Assembly (NCBI RefSeq): GCF_000485595.1
Contig: NW_014577065.1
Coordinates: 1,110,938 to 1,146,066 of the forward strand
DNA from: Priapulus caudatus
Lineage: Eukaryota
Direction: 5' to 3'
Length of the DNA stretch: 35,129 nucleotides
Numbering within the stretch: the first letter of the stretch is position 1; each line of letters opens with the position of its first letter. Positions 26,334 to 35,129 of the stretch are shown here, one piece after another. The notes under the pieces are model-generated. The model was given only the letters and a program-made list of their open reading frames with translations. It was not told where the DNA came from and did no database searches. A program made the position numbers and the translations under genes.

Positions 26334-28229
26334 ACACACACACACACACACAACACTGAGATATGCGATTCGAAGCACGCGCAATAGCACAGCTACAGCT
26401 GTGCGAGCATCGAGAGACATTCTAGCGAGCGTGTGAGCTTATATATGGAACGAAAATGCAGCTATGGACTATAACAGGCTCGATTGCGTCGCGTATAGCT
26501 ACGACAACTTCGACCGACTGCGGTAAAATTTACAGAAGGTGACGCAGAGGTTACGAATGTCCGACAATGACGCACGGACGCTCCTGCATCTATTCCACTA
26601 TGGACGAGTCACGAATACGCGCTAACTACCCGCGTGATCGGCACATATACGAACTAAACCAGCATCTAGAACCACCGGAGCTTTGAATTCTGAACAATAG
26701 TCCTATGAAAAAAATGTGCATACGAAATGAGGTGTGATCGTTAATTGCCGGCCCTCTGTACACGCGTACAAACGCTGCGGCTGCTGTAACCTACCATATC
26801 GATGTTAGAGATAGATTATGGCGATCGAGCGGCTTTAATAAGAATGCCAATGTGTTTATATTTTGGCGACAACGAAATATAGAATAAATATAGTAATAAG
26901 ATAGAATAATAATAAATGAAGAAATGTAAATAACTATAAAAATGAATAAATGTAAAATCTAAAATAAAATGCACACGTATTACGCCACACGCACGCACGC
27001 ACGCACGCACGCACGGCAACGCAGCGCAGCGCACGGCGACGCACACAGCGCCACACACACACACCACACACACACACCACATACATACACACGCACGCAG
27101 ACACACACACGCGCGTGTGAGTGTGTGTACGTGAAGTGGCTCATATGTCTCCTTTACGCCTTTACACGTAGAGCGAACACAGCAGACAAGGCGGCGGCGA
27201 TCGCGAGCTAGAGTTCGCCAACAGCACACAAGCGGTTCTCGGTAGCGTGAGTCAGAAACTCCCGTAAATAGACGAGCACTCGCTTATTCCACAATTTATC
27301 AGTTAGCTAGCCGGTGATCAGACAAGCAATCCCAACAGTTAACGACACGACACTCGCGCTGGCGAAATTACAGCTTGTTTTTTTTTCCATCCCGCTACAG
27401 AGCCAATTGTATAGAAACCCCGGACACTTCCTTACACGACAGACAGATGGCGCTGATCGTTCGCGAAATCATGAGAACAATCGTCGGCTAAGCGACGAGC
27501 GTACGTGACGCCTTGCAAGAGTTTCCAAGGTGAACGGCGCCGCGATAATGATGATGATACGCACACCGCTTTTGCACCATGCTTAATTAGGCGCTGATTG
27601 CGAACGCAGGGCCGTGATGAGCTGACGCACGCGCACACACACGCGCGCGTGTCACTCCTATCCCTCTTCCCTCGGCACACACACACGCTCAGCGACACTC
27701 GGCATTTATAAACGGCAAATTTCTAAATAACTACAAGCCGATAATGCGCGGGCGGCCATCGCCCCGTTACTACAGCCTACACACACCTTCCACACAGTGC
27801 TTGCTCTCCCTACCGCACCACACTCTATTCTTACTGAGGCAGACGTGCGAAATGTAAAAGCGAGTGAAACCGCTGCGGCCGCGGAAATTTAGTCGCCAGA
27901 GAGCGCCACCTTCCGGAGCAGCATAATTTGTTCATCAGGCTAGAATTCCGTTCTATTTGCATTAATTATTCAACAGGGTAGAGTAGGTGTGTGGCAATTA
28001 GATTCATTTCAACTACAAGCCGGTATATGTTAGTGCATTATCTATATAATTATTTCTCTTTAGCGGACATATTAAGCGTGTGATACTTGTATTTGCCGAC
28101 CCATGTATCTCTGATTCATACCCAACCGATAGCAAACGATGTATAGGCGTAACATTAACCTGTGTTCGTAACCTGACTACCTACATAATCACATGTTTAT
28201 AGTTTTATAAATTCATAATTGCAGTATAA

Positions 28230-28600
28230 TTGTTCCTGGCAGTCAATCACACCAATCTTGATTAGGTCTTCTATAAATGCAGCTAAGAATGGGGGAATTG
28301 TGGTATCAAGAAAGATGTAGTCAAAGGTCAATGATATTGCCAGAAGGAAGACGTCATCACCAGTCTCATAGAGTGAAAGAGGTTGAGCTCCATTATCTAC
28401 GCTCCCCCCACGTGTTCTTGTGCATACACGTTTAGCGAAAAACCTGTGCACGTCTTACATAATGAGAAAGGGTGAACTCTGGGGAACACAATGCTCTCCT
28501 TATGCTGTTCAAAATTACTCACTCCGAGCTGGAAAATTAACTGGTATGTCTAGTATTGCAGTCACGCAAAGGCTGATTTTGTATGGGAAGTCCTCTCTCT
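28230..28600 (-). mobile_element. Highly decayed LINE (CR1/L2-like) ORF2 C-terminal fragment
   Basis: Minus strand reads EHCVPQSSPFLIM*DVHRFFAKRV, resembling the LEYC..WSP.L..D...VQRRFTKR motif downstream of CR1/L2 reverse transcriptase. Contains a stop and deletions; boundaries are approximate. Confidence 0.4.
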
Positions 28601-28741
28601 ACTCACACTAATGCACTGCATGTTACAGCTTTCATTGATACAGCGATATACCGTTTTTACTTCAATCATCGATACTGTACAACTGTAAATATAAAGTCGA
28701 TTATGACAGTTTTATTACAACTAAGGCTTACCTGCATTGGC

Positions 28742-28798
28742 ATAATAATAATAATAATAATAATAATAATTATTATTATTATAATTATAATAATAATA
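28742..28798. repeat. (AAT)n/(ATT)n microsatellite
   Basis: Directly visible. Confidence 0.92.
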
Positions 28799-30181
28799 AA
28801 TGACTCATTACATTATCAAGCATTATCATGGTTGTGTAGGAACCATGGTCTATGGTGCAGGATCCATGGTCGGGTGGGCGGGTTGAGCATAGAGGTTGCA
28901 TCACACCTACTGTATAACCTGCGCCTGCAGCGAGAAATTTATTAACGAACTCATTATTAGGTTAAGACTCGCGTTACAGACCTCATCAGTTTCTGCTAAC
29001 TCAGGTCCTGATGGACCAATCCGGTTTAATATTTTAACCCTGGCGCTACCCGTCGTTCTTTAGTGGCTTCGATACGTATTAAGATATCTATTCATTTATT
29101 TATTGCACTCATTCCTCGTCCCACTTTTCCTTTTATTTTCTATCCATTTCTCTTACTCTCGCCGCTCCTATTGTCACTGCACCAAACGTCACCAAACTGC
29201 TTCCCTTCCCACATACATGTCATGTTTAGCAGTCTAACCCGGCTGTCAGCAATGCACTATCTTTCCAATCGCCATTCTGCACGATGGTCTATTCCCTAAA
29301 CGTATTCTATCTCGCTAAGGGTACACTATGTAGCAATTTCTTGCCATTGAACATTCTCTATTCCCCAGTCTCCTAACACCACACAACGTTATTTGTTTTA
29401 CAATCTAATAATCCCTCTTAGTGTCACACTACCTCCTTTAATCCACAATTAACCCTTTCCCCATTTGCTGTAACGGCGTACCTCTTTCTCGATCCAAAAC
29501 ACACCCCCATCACCTGACCCGCCCCTCCATCATAATGTGGCATTATCGTCATTATTACTCAACCCAGCTCCTAATCTCAGACTGTCGCCTTTTTCATCTA
29601 ACCTACTCTTCGTTCTACAACTTTACCTCTACCGTTTCTTGTGTCACCCCTTCCTGCCAGTATCACCAGGATGGATGGATGGATGGATGGATGGCTTGAT
29701 AGAAATTAAAGAGGGTGCGACAAGAAACTGTAGAGAGTGAGATGAGAGGCGTGAGTAATTCATTAGAGCAGCCTTCACAACAGCAATAAGCAGGTTCGCA
29801 ATTAAGTAGAAATATCTCGTTACGGATTTGTCGTCGCACAGCCTTCAACTTCGACGCAATTAATAATCAATTAGATCGCCACAGGGTGTCGCCATATGCC
29901 AAAGGGTTGGTCCCATGTAAGCTTGTCACACAACAGCGACACCGAATACATTACTGAATAGGGAAAATCCATAATTATACCATGCAGCATAAAAAGGTTT
30001 ACGATTTTGATAGATAACGGGAATACTGCCTATCAGAAATTCTTTCACAAGGTATGTTTATTTACATGACAAATGTACTTGGAATCTGACACCGTCAGAG
30101 TCATAACTGTGTAAAGCTACTGAACGCTTTGATATATTTGAGCCACAAATATACCTATTGTCAAAATGTTCGCGCGTATAT

Positions 30182-30512
30182 CGGTCTTCGAATTTAGCCG
30201 GGCGGGCGTCCGACGCCCGTGACGTGTAGAAATCTTGGCGGGCACATAAACATTGCAAACCCACCTGCCCGACAAACTATGATACAACTGGCCATTAACT
30301 AAATGTTTTTAATTTAAAATCGCGAAATGTTAACACCGGAAACGAATGGCGTCTAGATGTTGTCTGGTGTAGGGGCCTATACTTCTTTACTCGATATTTA
30401 AAAAATAAATCCTGCAAAATATATGGGCAACGAGAATGTCATTCGGACATGTACATTTTACAAAATACTTGCCCGAAGGTCGAGTGGCTCAAAACGTTTT
30501 TCGTAAAGACTG
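30182..30512. mobile_element. Degenerate hAT-like MITE with 6-bp TSD
   Basis: Ends CGGTCTT / AAGACTG (6/7 complementary). Direct repeat GTATAT at 30176-30181 and 30513-30518. Repeated internal GCCCG/CGGGC/GGGCAA motifs. Confidence 0.5.
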
Positions 30513-31171
30513 GTATATGTGCCGTCAGGGGCATTCGTGTGTGTACCAACGAATAAGTGATGATAATCAACACAAACGTACCTGTGATGTCAGCTAGAGC
30601 TGTCGATCTGAAAATTGATCGTAAAATGACACTTAAATAAAGCTATACATATCTAGTTATATTAAAAGACAACTTACATTCAAGCAATATGTCTCGAAAA
30701 TTAAAACAGCGTTTAGATTAACAGGTTTTCAGTTCATTTAAATGTCGTTCAGTAAAGTAAAATCCTTTACGTCACCCTAACCATTAGTACAGGTGCGCAT
30801 TAAACTATAAATTCAGAATGAAAACTTATCACCAAACAACACAAAGTTGAAGCTAAAGTGTACTTGTGAGCCTGAGTAGCAAACTCAGCTAAATACTACT
30901 AAATACACGCTTCATGCATGTACATGTTGCTATATTGTGATATGGTATATTCTTGGGTTTTGCCTGCAGCAACCCCGCAACCTGTCAATAATGTTATCTA
31001 CCATTAATTACCTCCCTGTAACGAGCGCAATATTACTTTACATTAAAAGCTGTTATTAGCTTAAGGCCTATAGTACATATCTTGCGTAGTCCTGTAGAAT
31101 AAGTTCTTACGAAACGAAATAACCCTATGACGTATTTTACATAACCTCCGCGTGTGGAAATATCCACAAAT

Positions 31172-31552
31172 CTATTCCCCCATCCCATCCCACACCTCCT
31201 TGCTAGCATTACCGCCTCTATTTTCCCATCCCACCCCTTATTGCTAGCATCACACTACCTCCTCTATTTCTCCATCCAACCTCTCCCTGATCGCATCAGC
31301 CTACTTCCTCTATTCCCCATCCCACCTCTCCCTGCTATCATTACCTCCTCTATCCCCCATCCCACCTCTCCCTGATTGCATCACCCTACTTCCTCTATCC
31401 CCCATCCCACCTCTCCCTGATTGCATCACCCTACTTCCTCTATTCCCCATCCCACCTCTCCCTGATCGCATCACCCTACTTCCTCTATTCCCCATCCCAC
31501 CTCTCACTGATCGCATCACCCTACCTCCGCTAATTTCCCAATCCAGCCCTCT
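31172..31552. repeat. Minisatellite, ~45-bp unit, about 8 copies
   Basis: Unit TCCTCTATYCCCCATCCCACCTCTCCCTGATYGCATCACCCTACT. Central copies are near-identical and outer copies diverged. It produces the 15-aa periodic ORF 31310-31519. Confidence 0.92.
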
Positions 31553-32525
31553 CTTTCGCGCGCGCGGCTCGAATATGAAATTAGAGATACACCTTGCAAT
31601 CGCTTGTTAATTTGGCTAATATATCATAGAGAGGCTGCGAGTGGGGATAATCAGATAACCGCGCGGGTAATTGGGCTGATCTTCTTACCAATTAGATAGT
31701 TTTCGTCTAGCATTGCTGTTTCGCTGCGCATTACGTTCAAACAGAAATGTCACTTATACATTAGGTGCAGGCGGCACCGGCTTATGTATTACGTGCCGCG
31801 ACGCGCGTGCGCTATTTCTATGTCAGAACATAGCGGATGACGTAATCGATATAGCAGACGACGTCGTCGGCGGAGAGTCTCACGTGCGCCGTGTGTTTGT
31901 TTGACCGCAGTGACAGGCATCTTCAGCAGAGAGGGGAGGAGGAAGGAGAGGGATGAGAGATTCGTTATGTCGTGAAGACGCAAACGCGATCTTATATGTT
32001 AATAATTGAGAGAACGGCCGTTTGGATCGAAGAGACGTACGCAGACACAGACACCACACGCTCGTACATGCGTGCTCGTCTATTATACTCGCTCCGCTTC
32101 TTAAGTGTGTAGCTTTAGAAGTAGAATTTATATCGTAGAATTTACTCAAGGCTTTCTTACATTGAATAATTTAAATGTCGGCTGAATGAACGCGTTGACA
32201 GGCGTTTTCCAGCCGCTGCTAAATCGTCTATCGAATCGCGTGCACTCTCGTATATCCGTACGGAGAGCTGCAAATACCCTTACGGGGTCACAGCGGAGCA
32301 TCGCACGGATAACTATCTCGGTGTTTTAAGCTCCATATTTACAATTGTTAATATGCGCTTATAAGCATTAAAAGAACAATACGCTACAACGATTGAGATT
32401 ATAAGCCTGCGATAACGTGCGCACGCAATCGCCCGTAACGTCATGGTTGCTGGTGGGTAAACAACCCCCCCGAAACACGCCAATGATACTCCGATTATCT
32501 CTCCCATGCAAACTTACTCACTTCC

Positions 32526-32585
32526 GCACGCACGCACGCACACCCACACACAGGTACGCACGCACACATACACACACACACGCGC

Positions 32586-32621
<36 letters not shown>

Positions 32622-32743
32622 CAGCGCACCGCACACACCACACACACACAAACCACACAGACACACACACAACACACACACACACACACACACACACAAC
32701 ATACACGCGTATGATATTATACCTATATATATATATATATATA
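32526..32743. repeat. Compound (CACG)n/(CA)n/(TA)n microsatellite
   Basis: Directly visible. Similar tracts occur at about 25200-25317, 26100-26352 and 26986-27110. Confidence 0.9.
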
Positions 32744-34339
32744 GCACGCTGTATTGCTGCTGTATGTATATACGTGCGGGTATATGTATTTAAAAAAGCT
32801 CGGAGGGGAGGAGCGCAGAAGCCTGACGATAGATAGCGACTGTCACCGAGCGCGCTCAACCTTTTAATCGTGTTATGTTGCGAGCTGACCCGGGCGACGA
32901 CGACACCGACGCCGACGACACTCGCGTCACTCTCACACTCAGCGCGCGCTCTGCCTTTCAGCGCGACGTCGCATTGTGGGCCATCTTCGTCGTTTTCTGT
33001 CGTCATGCATTTTTAAACGGGCGGCGCCAGGTGAGGCTCGCCTGAAAGGAGGGTTCAAGAATGCTATCTGCGGCGGTCCACCCTCGCATTCTCCGTCGGC
33101 GTATCGGCACAACGATGATTGGCATGTGAACGAGATAACGGCGACAAAACGTGGCGCAGCTGACGATGACGACGGCGATGGTAACAGCGACGCGGCGACG
33201 ACGACGCGTTCAGCACCGCGTACAGCGTGGTGTTGAACCAGCGTCATACCCGCCTTCCTACTACCTACCTACCTAGACACGCAAAGATCTGCCGACATCC
33301 GTGTTGTAAGCATCTAGGGCTGTGGTTGGTTGATGCGCGGGCTCGTGCGTGAGGCAGGGCGGGTGGCCGCTTAGCAGGTATATGCTCGAAATTGTCAAGC
33401 TACAAATTTAGTTAACGGCGACGCTCCGTGGGTTGCGATATAATATATATGTATAAATAAATGAATAAATAAATAAATAAATAAATATATATATATATAT
33501 ATAATGTTTTTATTAATGCGCGCGTGTCATCTTTTCCCCACAGCAATGAGTTCGAGAGGAGAGTAACGTGTAATTCGTTATTTTATAATTCGATATACAG
33601 ATTATGCTGCAGTTCCCACTTTAGAAATGAGTAATTTCACATCGGCAAATGGCAATGTCGGCCGGTAAGCGAGAAAACTGGCCATGCGAAAACTTCACGT
33701 AAACTACGATGAAAATAACACTGTAATCGTGGTCGTGCGATAGCGGTAACAATTTACCCTCAAGCGAATCATGTTCATGTAAGCCAAGTTTAATATTGTT
33801 ACACAGTTGTACGTCGTCGGCAAGGGTAAACGAAGAATCACTACACCCCAGCACCTGTATTTCTCTCTGCAGGGCAGTACGAACTGCACTGTACATAGAT
33901 GATAATAATAATTTTATGAACCGCAACCGTTAAATCGCTGTAGCCAACGCACGCACGCTAACTAGAGTGTTTCCCCCCTCTGCACTCCACCACGTTTCGG
34001 AATCACCCCCAACCCCCACCTCGCGCGTAGTTTCATACGGGAGTTGACCTGTGTAAAGTGTCTCCTTGCGTTTGCATCATTTACGCGCGTCGCCGAGAAA
34101 GGGCACGCACTCTGCACTCCCGCAGTAACGCCACGCGGAGACGACAAATTATTTACTTCGAACGAAACCTTTTTGAGCGCGCGCGGGAAGAAAATCGGCC
34201 ATCGCTGCGTCGTCGGCATGCAGGTATCGTCCGCGCTTCGCGTGCAGACGTACACACTGAGCACATCGTAAGATCTCCCGTCGTCGTCAGTCGTGTGTTT
34301 TATGATTCATGAAGCCGAGACTGGAAACGAACGGACCCG

Positions 34340-34425
<86 letters not shown>

Positions 34426-34492
34426 CTCGGGGAGCGTTCGCGAAGACACAGCGTGAGGCGATCGTCGTGAGCTGATCGAGAGAGAGAGAGAG
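34340..34492. repeat. (GA)n microsatellite blocks
   Basis: Directly visible. Confidence 0.92.
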
Positions 34493-34997
34493 AATCGGGC
34501 AGCGTTCACGCCGGGAGACGAACGCGCGCGCAGAGAGCGGGGCAGCGATGGCCGCCCGCCTAACCGCCCGCCCGCCCCAGACCGGGCCGCCAGTGAATAG
34601 ACACGCAGCGCACAATGCGAGCATTGAGTCGACCGTCTACGCGCGCACCGAGGGCATAATTACAACGCTGCCGACCCCCGAGATACTTTTCATTTTCGTA
34701 TGTGAGTAAGATCTATTAGTTGGCGATTCGCGCGCCCCCTCCCCCGCCTTTCAAGACTGCAACAATAGCCTTGCCGTGAGTCCAGGTGACGGACGCGTTA
34801 TGAGACAAGTTGTAATTTTGCCGCACCGCGGCCGCGCCGCCGACCGCACGTGTAATTACGTGAAAAGATCTTAAACTGCGGCGTAGACGGTAACCGAGCG
34901 TCGTTTCGGGCATTTGCGCAGGTGTGACTCAGCCGGCGCTGGACATCGCGTATCCGTAAGTATTGTATAGCCTGCGTTCAGCTGTCTACATACATGC

Positions 34998-35129
<132 letters not shown>

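Noticed and set aside
28318..28330. DR1-like TAGTCA-A-AGGTCA as a COUP-TF autoregulatory site
   Set aside because: The first half-site is only 4/6, it is isolated, and it lies inside a probable LINE relic.
31172..31552. CRISPR-like periodicity (also 19930-20060)
   Set aside because: Head-to-tail repeats without unique spacers, no cas genes, eukaryotic context.
33621..33926. 101-aa ORF containing DHDY (HCF-1-binding-like motif)
   Set aside because: A four-residue motif with no THAP or transposase features is consistent with chance.

Overview
Eukaryotic (animal, most likely lophotrochozoan/annelid-type; organism is inference) genomic DNA. The only credible protein-coding content is the last two coding exons of a COUP-TF/seven-up (NR2F) nuclear receptor on the + strand: 4216-4737 (hinge and first part of the ligand-binding domain) and 20996-21270 (end of the LBD with AF-2, stop TAG). 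They are joined by a 16,258-bp phase-1 GT-AG intron. The zinc-finger DBD exon is not in the window. The rest is intron, a probably long 3' UTR and downstream DNA, dense with microsatellites that account for nearly all ORFs in the track. Small non-autonomous transposons can be delimited from sequence alone: a TTAA-flanked Kolobok-like MITE nested beside a tRNA-Arg(CCT) relic in a Helitron-like element, a foldback MITE with an 8-bp TSD, three 39-85 bp micro-elements sharing a terminal inverted repeat, and a 6-bp-TSD element. I found no new multi-gene system. The best leads are regulatory: a YCAY array abutting the last 3' splice site, a hairpin/G-quadruplex just after the stop codon, five miR-92-family seed matches in the putative 3' UTR, and a pre-miRNA-sized intronic hairpin.
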